Source of the DNA: Candidatus Nanopelagicaceae bacterium
Lineage (GTDB): Bacteria > Actinomycetota > Actinomycetes > Nanopelagicales > Nanopelagicaceae
Direction of reading: 5' to 3'
NCBI GenBank assembly: GCA_051006515.1
Contig: JBPCTD010000082.1
Location: 502 to 64,501 of the forward strand
Length of the DNA stretch: 64,000 bases
Shown here: piece after piece, positions 55,970 to 64,000 of the stretch
Layout: each line of letters begins with the position of its first letter
Position numbering within the stretch: the stretch's first letter is position 1
Translations under genes and position numbers: made by a program
The notes under the pieces: model-generated
The model's database searches: none
Told to the model about the DNA's origin: nothing
What the model saw: the letters and a program-made list of their open reading frames with translations, nothing else

Positions 55970-57883
55970 TTACCCTACAGTGATAGTGACTTTACTGCCA
56001 CGAAGTACTTTGCTACCTATCTTTGGTGAAATCGCAGTTACTTTCTTGATCTGCTTATTGCCCATTCGCTTAACTGTGACCTCTAAACCAAGTGCAGTTA
56101 AGGCTGCTTTGGCATCTTTCTCAGTTAATGAGAAGACATTTGGAATAAAGGTGAAGGCAGAGCCTTTAGAGATAATTAGATCAACTTGCGCACCTTTTGG
56201 ATAACTCTTACCACCACTTGGATTTTGAGAAATAACTGCACCTAGTGGAACGGTCTCACTGAATTGATATTTTGGATTAACTTTGAAACCTGACTCTGTC
56301 AAAGTATTTAGCGCTTCTTCACCAGTTTTATTTATGAAGATTGCCATCGGAATCTGTTCGATACCTTTGCTTAGGATTATTCGAACTACTGCGCCACGTT
56401 TAACTTTCTCGCCAGCTGCGGGTTTACTTTCGATTACATAACCTTTAGGGAATTTATCGTTAAAGATTTCTTCGATTACAGGAGTATCTAGCGGATAGGC
56501 AGAGAGCATTTTTGTTGCCGCTTCAATTGTCAGTTTGGAAAGATTTGGAATCTGATAACGCTCCGGGCCTTTTGAAAGTGTTAAATTAACTGTGGCACCA
56601 TCGCCAACTTTATCTCCACCTGCGGGGCTAGATTCGATGATGATTCCTTTAGCGATATCTTCGCTAAATACTTCTTTAGCAACATCATATTTAAGGCCTA
56701 ATGGATTTAGCACACTTTCAGCTTGAGTAACCGTGCCACCAACAAGTGAAGGCACAGTGATTTTTGCGCCTGGCCCAATTAAGGTCCACCAACCTGCAAT
56801 TCCAAGCGTGACCGCTAAAGTTGCGGCAATCCACTTAAATCTGCCTTTACTCTTTTTCGCTGAGAGGCTATTAGATTTTTCCAGCGGTTTAGTAACTTCT
56901 CGAGTAATTTCAGTTGTAGCCTCATCGCCAACGCTCTCTTTAGGTGTCACTTTTGCGCGACTTGGCTTTACAACTTCGGTTGCAATAGGAAGATCTAGTT
57001 CGAGGCTCATCTGCTGCTTGGCAGGATTATTTTTGATTTGAATGTTTCTCAAAGAATTTGCAAAAGCTTGGCCGTCTCTTGGGCGATCATCTGGATTTCG
57101 ACTTGTCGCAGCAAATATCAACTCATCTAACTCTTTAGGCAGTTTTGCCTCTTTGCTATTTAGCTTGCTACTTACGCGAGGAATATCTTCATTTACATGT
57201 AGATAAGCAATCTGAAGTGGCGAATCACTTATGTGTGGTCTCTTGCCTGTGAGCATTTCAAAAGCCATAACGCCAACGGAGTAAATATCGCTTCTTGAAT
57301 CTGCAATTCCGCGTTGTACTTGTTCAGGAGACAAATAAGAAACGCTACCCAGAATTACGCTGGCTTCTGCAGTCATGGTCTGTCCTAGACCTGCGCCCCT
57401 TGCTAATCCAAAGTCAGCAATTTTAATTCGACCATCATTAGAGAGCAGAATATTTTCTGGCTTAATATCTCTGTGCACAATTCCTAAATTATGAGCTGCA
57501 GCAAGTGCACTAACTACTGGTGCTAAATAATTGATAGTTTCAGTTACCGAGAATTTTCCTTTTTGGCTAAGTAATTCCCTTAAAGTTTCGCCTTCAACTA
57601 ATTCCATAACCAGAAATACTGCAGGAATGCCAGATTGATTCCAGCCTTGGTCCATAACATTAACGATGTTGGGGTGGGAAAGTGAGGCAGCTGCTTTTGC
57701 TTCTCTAATAAAGCGAGAGATGAAATCTTCATCTTGTGCAAGATGAGGGTGCATAATCTTGACGGCCACTTTACGATCGAGGCGAGTGTCTAAGCCTTCA
57801 TAAATGGTGCCCATGCCACCATTTGCAATAATTCGAATTAACTCATAGCGGTTATCAATTAACTCGCCGCTTAAGTCGCTCAC
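55970..57883 (-). CDS. Ser/Thr protein kinase with four extracellular PASTA repeats (PknB-like)
   Basis: Kinase motifs VAVKIM, HRDIKPENIL, DFGLAR and SPEQ, then one TM helix and four repeats of about 65 aa with the PASTA pattern. Confidence 0.88.
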   Translation of the reverse strand: MSDLSGELIDNRYELIRIIANGGMGTIYEGLDTRLDRKVAVKIMHPHLAQDEDFISRFIREAKAAASLSHPNIVNVMDQGWNQSGIPAVFLVMELVEGETLRELLSQKGKFSVTETINYLAPVVSALAAAHNLGIVHRDIKPENILLSNDGRIKIADFGLARGAGLGQTMTAEASVILGSVSYLSPEQVQRGIADSRSDIYSVGVMAFEMLTGKRPHISDSPLQIAYLHVNEDIPRVSSKLNSKEAKLPKELDELIFAATSRNPDDRPRDGQAFANSLRNIQIKNNPAKQQMSLELDLPIATEVVKPSRAKVTPKESVGDEATTEITREVTKPLEKSNSLSAKKSKGRFKWIAATLAVTLGIAGWWTLIGPGAKITVPSLVGGTVTQAESVLNPLGLKYDVAKEVFSEDIAKGIIIESSPAGGDKVGDGATVNLTLSKGPERYQIPNLSKLTIEAATKMLSAYPLDTPVIEEIFNDKFPKGYVIESKPAAGEKVKRGAVVRIILSKGIEQIPMAIFINKTGEEALNTLTESGFKVNPKYQFSETVPLGAVISQNPSGGKSYPKGAQVDLIISKGSAFTFIPNVFSLTEKDAKAALTALGLEVTVKRMGNKQIKKVTAISPKIGSKVLRGSKVTITVG

Positions 57884-57893
57884 GGGCTAGATT

Positions 57894-58388
57894 TTAAGTG
57901 GTGGCTATTATGAAATCGGCGAAATCGCGGGTGCGTTCGACAGCAAAGTGTTCGGCTTCACGAATTTGCCAAGCACGAATGTGCGCTTCGAGCTCTGGGC
58001 CATCCCGATCTAGAACTCTTTTGAAAGCAATATCTGCTCCAGCTTCAACCCAATACAATTTTGTGGCAAAACTTCGGATCTTTCCCTGACCAGCTCCAAC
58101 ACCTTCAATAATCAGAGTTTGGCCAGATTCTATTCTTCGCACTCCTTCGAAGGTACCTTTTTGCCAATTAAAAGTTGGAGCTTCAGTAGCGCGGCCAGCT
58201 AAAAAATTTTCCACGATTTCTAATAATAAATCGGTGAGATTTGAATTCAAAGCTTCATCCCAGCCATTGTAATGATCATCCAAATGGACTACTTGGCAAT
58301 TAAATTCAGATTGCAATTCTTTTGAAAGAGTTGTTTTTCCTGAACCGGCTGGGCCATCTATAAGGATAATTTGTGGAGTTTTAACCAT
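57894..58388 (-). CDS. P-loop nucleoside/vitamin-kinase-like protein (uridine-kinase/NRK fold), specificity unknown
   Basis: ILIDGPAGSGKTTL Walker A, then HLDDHYNGWD. The ATG at 58388 overlaps the 3' end of the PnuC-family gene by 31 nt. The longer ORF-track N-terminus lies inside that gene. Confidence 0.6.
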   Translation of the reverse strand: MVKTPQIILIDGPAGSGKTTLSKELQSEFNCQVVHLDDHYNGWDEALNSNLTDLLLEIVENFLAGRATEAPTFNWQKGTFEGVRRIESGQTLIIEGVGAGQGKIRSFATKLYWVEAGADIAFKRVLDRDGPELEAHIRAWQIREAEHFAVERTRDFADFIIATT

Positions 58389-58936
58389 TTCACCCAACCC
58401 ACAACTGCAACCAATGTAAAAGTAAAGTAGAGCACCGCAGTAAACCAAAAACCAAGAAGCGCATATTGAACTGTCGCTAAAGTATCTACTGCCAACCAGA
58501 CGGGCCACGCCTCATACTTTTCGTAGACCATAAGAATTTGTGCCACAACTGAACCTAGGAAAATTAGCGCATCGGTTTTATACGCAGCTGCGCCAATATC
58601 TTGTAACCAAGGTGTGAATATCAACCATGAGATCATTAGACCAAAGAGCCATAAACTTCGATCGCGCCAAGTTAATTTTGACGGTCTTGCACCTTTTGGT
58701 CCCCAACCAAACCAGCCCCAAACTCCAGCAATTATAAAAATAATTTGTAGTAGGGCAGAAGCAATCAATTCAACTTGCCAGAAGAAGATGCCATATAAAG
58801 CGCTTGAAACAATCCACCAAGGCCAAGTAACGCGTTTTGCGGTAGTTCCGTAAGCAACACCGACAAAACTAGTTAGCGCTGCTGCAAATTCAAGATAAGT
58901 AACTTGATAATTCCAAGCTGTGAAAAAAGTAGACAT
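58358..58936 (-). CDS. PnuC-family vitamin transporter, predicted thiamine-type (PnuT) because of the upstream TPP riboswitch
   Basis: About seven TM segments with Trp-rich PnuC-like motifs (WPWWIVSS, GVWGWFGW). The family call is moderately secure. The substrate is inferred from the riboswitch. Confidence 0.7.
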   Translation of the reverse strand: MSTFFTAWNYQVTYLEFAAALTSFVGVAYGTTAKRVTWPWWIVSSALYGIFFWQVELIASALLQIIFIIAGVWGWFGWGPKGARPSKLTWRDRSLWLFGLMISWLIFTPWLQDIGAAAYKTDALIFLGSVVAQILMVYEKYEAWPVWLAVDTLATVQYALLGFWFTAVLYFTFTLVAVVGWVKWLKLHKLSL

Positions 58937-58948
58937 ATAGAAGTTAAA

Positions 58949-59030
58949 CCTTCCTGGCTCGCATTACCGAACCGGTATAGCGGTCGACTTCTTGTGAAGT
59001 CCTCTCAGCCAACTTTTGGCTCCCGCGTGC
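58949..59030 (-). ncRNA. TPP (THI-box) riboswitch
   Basis: Minus-strand RNA: GCACGCGGGAGCCAAAAGUUGGCUGAGAGGACUUCACAAGAAGUCGACCGCUAUACCGGUUCGGUAAUGCGAGCCAGGAAGG. It contains the conserved CUGAGA, a P3 hairpin GACUUC-ACAA-GAAGUC, ACC, GGUAAUGC and a terminal GGAAGG that doubles as the RBS 8 nt before the ATG. Confidence 0.8.
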
Positions 59031-59037
59031 TTAAATT

Positions 59038-60069
59038 CTAGCGCGAACGTTTGGTAACTAAGGAGACCATCTCCACTAATAAACCGTGTGCGGTCAGATC
59101 TAGCTCGGCGCTCTCGATGGCATCCAGGGCAGATTCGGCTAGCTTTTCAATTAAGTCCTCGATATGCGTAACTGCTCCAGTGGCCTCAATCGCGCTTCTA
59201 AACTCTTCGATTTCTTTAATAGAGAGCTTCTTACCCAATTTATCATTAATTAAATTTCTAGTTGCTTCATCGCCACGGTCATATGCATAAGCAATAAGCG
59301 CAGTTCTCTTACCTTCACTTAAATCATCTCCGGCAGGCTTTCCGGTAATAGCTGGATCGCCGTATACCCCTAATAAATCGTCTCGTAGTTGAAATGCTTC
59401 ACCAAGAGGTAAGCCGTAGTCAGAATAAATTTGATAGAAACTATTTCGATTCTTGGAAGCGCTTAGCGCTGCACCGTAGTGCAAAGGTCTTTCAATACTG
59501 TACTTACCTGATTTGTATCGTGCGATTTTAAGTGCGCGCTCAACGCTAAAACTATGCTGAGTCTGCTCGAAAACATCCAAGAATTGTCCAGCCATTAACT
59601 CGGATCTCATTTTGGCGTAGATGATATTAACTTCAGATAGTTGCGCAGAGTTCAATCCAGATTGTTGCAAAGCCTCTTCGCTCCAGATTAGCGCTAAATC
59701 ACCAATCAAAATTGCTGCTGCTTGGCCAAATTGCTCACCATGCAGCTGACCAAATTGTTTATGTATTGCTGGCTTACCTCTTCGGGTATCTGACCTATCC
59801 ATTAAGTCATCGTGAATTAAAGCGCTTGCCTGCAAATACTCCAATGCCGAAGCTGCTCGGTAGATTTCAGGAGTTAACTTTTCGCCAGTTCCGAGAAAAC
59901 CAAGAAGTGCAAATAGCGGACGAAAACGCTTACCTGTTTCTAAGTAGCCACTTAATGAATCTGAGATTGAAACTAACTGTTCATCAATTTGATTTAGCTC
60001 CTGGCAAAACTTTGTTGTTTGCTCGGTGAGAGTTTGATTGATATCTGAAGTTAATTGGCTAATGTTCAT
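59038..60069 (-). CDS. polyprenyl diphosphate synthase (GGPP synthase/IdsA-like)
   Basis: First Asp-rich motif LIHDDLMDRSDTRRG and second Asp-rich motif FQLRDDLLG. Confidence 0.85.
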   Translation of the reverse strand: MNISQLTSDINQTLTEQTTKFCQELNQIDEQLVSISDSLSGYLETGKRFRPLFALLGFLGTGEKLTPEIYRAASALEYLQASALIHDDLMDRSDTRRGKPAIHKQFGQLHGEQFGQAAAILIGDLALIWSEEALQQSGLNSAQLSEVNIIYAKMRSELMAGQFLDVFEQTQHSFSVERALKIARYKSGKYSIERPLHYGAALSASKNRNSFYQIYSDYGLPLGEAFQLRDDLLGVYGDPAITGKPAGDDLSEGKRTALIAYAYDRGDEATRNLINDKLGKKLSIKEIEEFRSAIEATGAVTHIEDLIEKLAESALDAIESAELDLTAHGLLVEMVSLVTKRSR

Positions 60070-61153
60070 GGCTAGGCCGATTCTTTATCCCTCGAAGCGC
60101 ATTTGCAAGTAGCTCACCAGCAATCGCGCCATGAGCCAGAGAGTCCAAATGCCTTACTTTAAAATTCTTTTTATTTGCAGTGCGAATCTTAGTTACCAAG
60201 CGGTTATCGCCGGTTCCTTGAATAGCTGGTCTTATTTGGTCAACTTCGGAATACTGATCAAATTCTGAAATATCTAGTTTTCCAGTTAAGACCAGTGAGT
60301 AATTTCCAGAAGAGTTCTCGGTTGCATAGATATCGGTTGTTAGACCAGACTTATGAAAAATCACTGTTCTGATAGGAAGTTTATGCGGATAGCTTTTGAT
60401 TCCAATAAATCTCTGTGCCGGACGGCTGTAGCTTTCTTCACATTCTATAAAATATTCAAAGTTACTTGGTCTTTCAAATTTAACTCCCAAATCAAGTGCT
60501 CGTAATTTAAGAGCTTCCGTTAAAGCCCCTATTCCGCCTTGAATCTGCCAGATGCCAAAAGACTCTTCAGCGAATGCAACCATAGTTGACCATTTGTAGA
60601 TTCCGGCAGGGTAGCCGAAGTACGTTGCGTAGTGGGCGACGATGCGCTTTAAATATTGATTTTGGATGTACGGAGCCCGAAGTCTTAGATAGATCGGAAT
60701 ATTTGCACGTGAAAATGAATACTCCCATTCAATGTAATTCTCACGCAATCGATCCCAGAAATATTCACCACTTTTGATAAGGAGATCCCACTCATTAGCG
60801 GCAGATTCACCTAATTTATTTCTTAATTCTTCAACTCGAGCGCTATGAGATAAATTGGCAAAGTTAATTTCTAGATCTTCAAAACGATATACAAATGCTG
60901 GATCTTTAGGTTCGACTTGGAGAACTTGCCCAAAATGCTTACCTGTTTTTTGGAAGAAATCCCGGTAGGTAGCAGGAAGGCTAAAAAGTGGAGCATAATC
61001 AAATTCGTAACCCGCTATTAGGGTATTTTGGTAAAACTCACCATCAATAAAACATTCAAAATCTTTGTCTTTGCCGGAGCTCTTTTTTAATCTAGCGGCC
61101 GCAGTTAGACCTGCAATTGATGCGCCTTTAATCAGTACCCTTGAAGTGTCCAA
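60059..61153 (-). CDS. phytoene-desaturase (CrtI)-like oxidoreductase with a degenerate dinucleotide-binding motif
   Basis: N-terminal VLIKGASIAGLTAAARL (GxSxxG) and a central FGIWQIQGGIGALTEAL block typical of the CrtI/amine-oxidase fold. A TTG at 61153, one nt after the upstream stop, is preferred, with an alternative ATG at 61207. Confidence 0.45.
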   Translation of the reverse strand: MDTSRVLIKGASIAGLTAAARLKKSSGKDKDFECFIDGEFYQNTLIAGYEFDYAPLFSLPATYRDFFQKTGKHFGQVLQVEPKDPAFVYRFEDLEINFANLSHSARVEELRNKLGESAANEWDLLIKSGEYFWDRLRENYIEWEYSFSRANIPIYLRLRAPYIQNQYLKRIVAHYATYFGYPAGIYKWSTMVAFAEESFGIWQIQGGIGALTEALKLRALDLGVKFERPSNFEYFIECEESYSRPAQRFIGIKSYPHKLPIRTVIFHKSGLTTDIYATENSSGNYSLVLTGKLDISEFDQYSEVDQIRPAIQGTGDNRLVTKIRTANKKNFKVRHLDSLAHGAIAGELLANALRGIKNRPSHEH

Positions 61154-61154
61154 T

Positions 61155-61946
61155 TTAAGGTTGTCCCAAGTATCGGGATGAGATATATGAAACAAGAAGC
61201 GCGCCATAACAGATACCACCAAGTAACGCAGTTTCAGGTTTACCAAAGAAGAAAATATTTGCAATTACATGAAATAACCAGGTCCAGACCAGAAATAGGT
61301 CGATTGAAGTTAATGAAGCGCTAATCTTCCGGCGTTCTTTGGGCAAAATTAAATTCGCCAAACCAAAATACACAGTTCCGACAAAGAGCCAACCAATCAA
61401 ATTTGAGAATGGAATATGAGTTTGAAATGGAATGTGCGCGCCTTCAAATTCCCAGATTTTATATTTATTTGCTACAAGCAATTGGTCGAAAAAGATTTGA
61501 TAGGAAGTTAAAGCAAATCCACCTACAATGAAAACCCAATTTGGTGCGATTCTTCGGGCCAAAATCAATAGTGGATGAGAAGTAGCTAACCACATAATTA
61601 GTATCAAGATTGGGACGCCTTGAATTTCAAAACCTAGATTTTGATAGCGAACTTCACCGAAAGGCCACGCAGTTTGAAGGGATACCGTTTCGACAATTAA
61701 TGCAAAAGTTAAAGTAAAACTTAAATAACCCCAGAAATATCTTTTGGCATAAGCCAATTGGGCATGAGTTAAGGAAAAAATTGAGGCCAGAATTGCGGAG
61801 AATAATATCAACTTGCTATTTTCTCTAAAGAGAAAAAGCACTTGGGTAATAGCGCTGAAAAATAAAGAGGAGTAAAGAAAACGTTCGGCCGCTACCGATA
61901 CTCGGCCACGACGATTTCTGCCAGGGTTGTAATTTCTAATAGACAT
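61155..61946 (-). CDS. polytopic membrane protein, carotenoid-biosynthesis-protein (DUF422)-like
   Basis: About 7 to 8 TM segments and a WPFGEVRY...LG..IQGVP block resembling DUF422. The ATG at 61946 overlaps the upstream TGA (TGATG). Confidence 0.45.
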   Translation of the reverse strand: MSIRNYNPGRNRRGRVSVAAERFLYSSLFFSAITQVLFLFRENSKLILFSAILASIFSLTHAQLAYAKRYFWGYLSFTLTFALIVETVSLQTAWPFGEVRYQNLGFEIQGVPILILIMWLATSHPLLILARRIAPNWVFIVGGFALTSYQIFFDQLLVANKYKIWEFEGAHIPFQTHIPFSNLIGWLFVGTVYFGLANLILPKERRKISASLTSIDLFLVWTWLFHVIANIFFFGKPETALLGGICYGALLVSYISSRYLGQP

Positions 61947-62431
61947 CAGGCACCAACTGTCATGGCAAGCGCGCCAGTGACTCTCTTTAACTCTGCAAAA
62001 CTCGTTGGAAATACTGCATGGGGGTGGCCACCAGCAGCCCAAATTGCATGGTAATCATTAAGCGCTTCATCAATGTAGATGTGGTCGATTTCTGTAATCC
62101 AACCAATGGGACTAACTCCACCAACAGAGAATCCGGATAAATCCTTTACATAATTGGCATCTGCGCGATCTAAGTGACTTACGCCGAGAGTTCTTGCAAC
62201 TAAATCTGTATCAACCCTATGTCTGCCACTAGTAATCAAAAGTATTGGCAAGCCATCAGGTAATCTAAAAATCAAAGATGAGGCGATCTGTCCAACTTCA
62301 ATATTTAGCGCGTTTGCTGCATCTTGTGCAGTCCTTGCGCTATCAGAAAGTACGTGAACTTTGCCCATCTGATTGCTCTGTAATACGGTGGTTACTCGTT
62401 TTACCGGTTCTCTTTCCAGTACGCCATCCAT
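61946..62431 (-). CDS. YbaK/EbsC-family aminoacyl-tRNA editing (deacylase) domain protein
   Basis: SLIFRL..., RVD......LG and GGVSPIG motifs of YbaK/ProX-type domains. Confidence 0.7.
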   Translation of the reverse strand: MDGVLEREPVKRVTTVLQSNQMGKVHVLSDSARTAQDAANALNIEVGQIASSLIFRLPDGLPILLITSGRHRVDTDLVARTLGVSHLDRADANYVKDLSGFSVGGVSPIGWITEIDHIYIDEALNDYHAIWAAGGHPHAVFPTSFAELKRVTGALAMTVGA

Positions 62432-62473
62432 GTCCCGAAGTATATTGTTAATAAATATATTAAGGTAAAACCT

Positions 62474-63679
62474 GTGACCGCTGAACTTAAAGCAATTAAA
62501 GCCCGCAATTATCTTTGGGCAACATTCTTTGTAATGGGCATTAGTTCAATGGCTTGGGTACCAAGAATTCCGGAAATCAAAGATCAGCTTGGTTTAGGTG
62601 ATGGCAAATTCGGATTAGTTTTCTTAGCTGGTGCACTTGGTTCAGTATGCGGCAGCCAAATTTCGGGGCGTGCAATACATGTGATTGCAAGCCGAAAATT
62701 CGCACAAATTTGTGGCGCAGTGATGCCTATTGGTATTTACATTATGGGCAGCGCGCACGACGTCAAAACTTTAGTAATTGGCCTATTTCTTACTGGTTTA
62801 GCGTTCTCCGCGTTAGACGTATCAGCAAACGTTCAAGCGATGGCTATTGAGAAATTAACTAAAGCTCGCTATATGTCATCTTTTCATGCTCTTTGGAGCG
62901 TTGGCGCTTTTACTGTCACTTTTCTAGGTGGTGCTATTGCGCGATTAATATCGCCACAAGAACATCTCAAAGGTTTAGCTGTAATTTCGGCGCTACTTTA
63001 TTTAGTAGCAATCTGGAATTTACTACCTGGTGATTTAGATGGACATCGTGGAGAAGTCCATGAAGAGACCAGCGCCAAAATTCCATTTTTTGCCAAAGAA
63101 GCTTTACCACTTTGGGCACTTGGAATTGGCTTAACTGCATCATTTATCCCCGAAGCCGGCATCTATGACTGGAGCGGAATTTTGCTTAAGGATCATATGG
63201 ATGTTGGCAAAGGTGTAACGGCGATTGCGGCAACTACCTATTCATTGGGAATGATTATTAGTAGGTTCTTAGGAGATCGTTGGTTTGAAAAATGGGGCCA
63301 TCAGAAGACCGCAAAGTACGGCGGTTATATTGGCGGCAGCTCCATCGCCATTGGACTTATTGCTGGAATTGGCCTTTCATCCAGAAGCCAAATTTTGGCA
63401 GTAACAATTATTAGTATCTGCTTTGCCATTTCAGGGCTTTGCATGGGACCGCTCTTTCCTGCATTTAATTTAGCGGCAATGAGTCTTCCAGGTATTGCGC
63501 CATCAGTTGGCATGGCTCGAGTCGCATTAATTGCAATTGCTGCTAATTTCTTTGGACCTACGATAATTGGTGGAATTTCTGAGATTAGTTCGTTGCCAAT
63601 CTCTTTTGCACTTTTGGCAGTTTTATTATTACTAGTCGGTCGCCAATCGAGATATATAAAAGTTAAATCGCTGGATTAA
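62474..63679 (+). CDS. MFS transporter
   Basis: 12 hydrophobic segments. GTG start. The substrate is unknown. Confidence 0.7.
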   Translation: MTAELKAIKARNYLWATFFVMGISSMAWVPRIPEIKDQLGLGDGKFGLVFLAGALGSVCGSQISGRAIHVIASRKFAQICGAVMPIGIYIMGSAHDVKTLVIGLFLTGLAFSALDVSANVQAMAIEKLTKARYMSSFHALWSVGAFTVTFLGGAIARLISPQEHLKGLAVISALLYLVAIWNLLPGDLDGHRGEVHEETSAKIPFFAKEALPLWALGIGLTASFIPEAGIYDWSGILLKDHMDVGKGVTAIAATTYSLGMIISRFLGDRWFEKWGHQKTAKYGGYIGGSSIAIGLIAGIGLSSRSQILAVTIISICFAISGLCMGPLFPAFNLAAMSLPGIAPSVGMARVALIAIAANFFGPTIIGGISEISSLPISFALLAVLLLLVGRQSRYIKVKSLD

Positions 63680-63688
63680 TTTCTAAAT

Positions 63689-64000
63689 TCAAATTACCCA
63701 AGTTTCAGTAAGGGTAAATGCGGCAATGGCAAAAAGTAGATAAGCAAAATCTTTTCTTAGTAAAGCGGGGTTTGTTTTAACCGAGCGCTTTCCAGCCCAA
63801 TTTCCAATGGCGATAGCGCTAAGACCCATAAATAGCGGCACTTGCCAATCAATGTCAGCCCAATCAGAGAAGTGAGCCATTAGCGCTACGCCACAGTTAA
63901 GCACGATTATAAATAACGAAGTTCCAGCTGCTTTATTTTGTGGCACATTAAAACCAAGGACCAAAACTGGAATTGCTAAGAAACCGCCGCCAATTCCAAA
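63689..64000 (-). CDS. TauE/SafE (DUF81) family anion exporter, C-terminal part (5' end outside the window)
   Basis: The frame is open to the window edge. GGGFLAIPVLVLGFNVPQNKAAGTSL is typical of TauE. Confidence 0.65.
   Translation of the reverse strand, partial: FGIGGGFLAIPVLVLGFNVPQNKAAGTSLFIIVLNCGVALMAHFSDWADIDWQVPLFMGLSAIAIGNWAGKRSVKTNPALLRKDFAYLLFAIAAFTLTETWVI

Noticed and set aside
57894-58508. Long 204-aa version of the P-loop kinase ORF
   Set aside because: The first 40 codons lie inside the PnuC-family gene in another frame and encode a Cys/Tyr-rich low-plausibility peptide. The ATG at 58388 gives a standard beta1-P-loop N-terminus.
58937-59037. NAD+-II (pnuC motif) riboswitch upstream of the PnuC-family gene
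   Set aside because: The leader carries TPP-riboswitch hallmarks (CUGAGA, GGUAAUGC, ACC) rather than the pnuC-motif pseudoknot, so a TPP assignment is preferred.
1-64000. Search for defence systems, toxin-antitoxin pairs, prophage, CRISPR, tRNA or rRNA genes
   Set aside because: None was found. Every ORF above about 100 aa outside shadow frames has a plausible housekeeping or transport assignment. The intergenic regions are short and are accounted for by riboswitches, operators or terminators.

Overview
This window reads as a densely packed, mostly housekeeping chromosomal segment from an actinobacterium that is visibly AT-rich for that phylum. The actinobacterial assignment rests on several signatures. 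There is lexA with TCGAAC-N4-GTTCGA SOS boxes, divergent from a ChiZ-like LysM gene. An nrdR-nrdJ pair, an HrdB/SigA-type sigma factor with a Lys/Ala-rich N-terminus, DUF4192 and SepH (DUF3071) are present. The rplS-lepB-rnhB-yraN-comM-dprA block, a SAM-IV riboswitch before metX, class II DAHP synthase, divergent glgA/glgC and a PASTA Ser/Thr kinase point the same way. A streamlined freshwater lineage (acI/Nanopelagicales-like) is a plausible source, but that is inference only. About 65 protein genes are called: the methylcitrate cycle (prpBCD), class II RNR, two ABC importers (amino acid and polyamine-type), topoisomerase IV subunits, pseudouridine catabolism, glycogen and glycolysis genes, DNA repair (dinG, nfo, ogt) and an isoprenoid module. 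I found no rRNA, tRNA, CRISPR array, transposase, integrase, prophage or recognisable defence island. Two riboswitches (SAM-IV and TPP), SOS boxes, candidate NrdR boxes and a few terminators or hairpins are supported. The items most worth a second look are these. (1) nrdR is interrupted by a single in-frame TAG inside its zinc ribbon, while its candidate operator boxes and ATP-cone look intact. (2) A TPP riboswitch sits in front of a PnuC-family (PnuT-like) transporter whose gene overlaps a P-loop kinase of unassigned specificity. (3) The ParC/GyrA-like topoisomerase subunit stops exactly at the boundary where the C-terminal domain should begin. (4) A CDGSH iron-sulfur domain is fused to an MhpD-type hydratase next to a TetR regulator. 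I did not see a clear novel multi-gene system. All calls come from reading the translations and motifs, with no database search.
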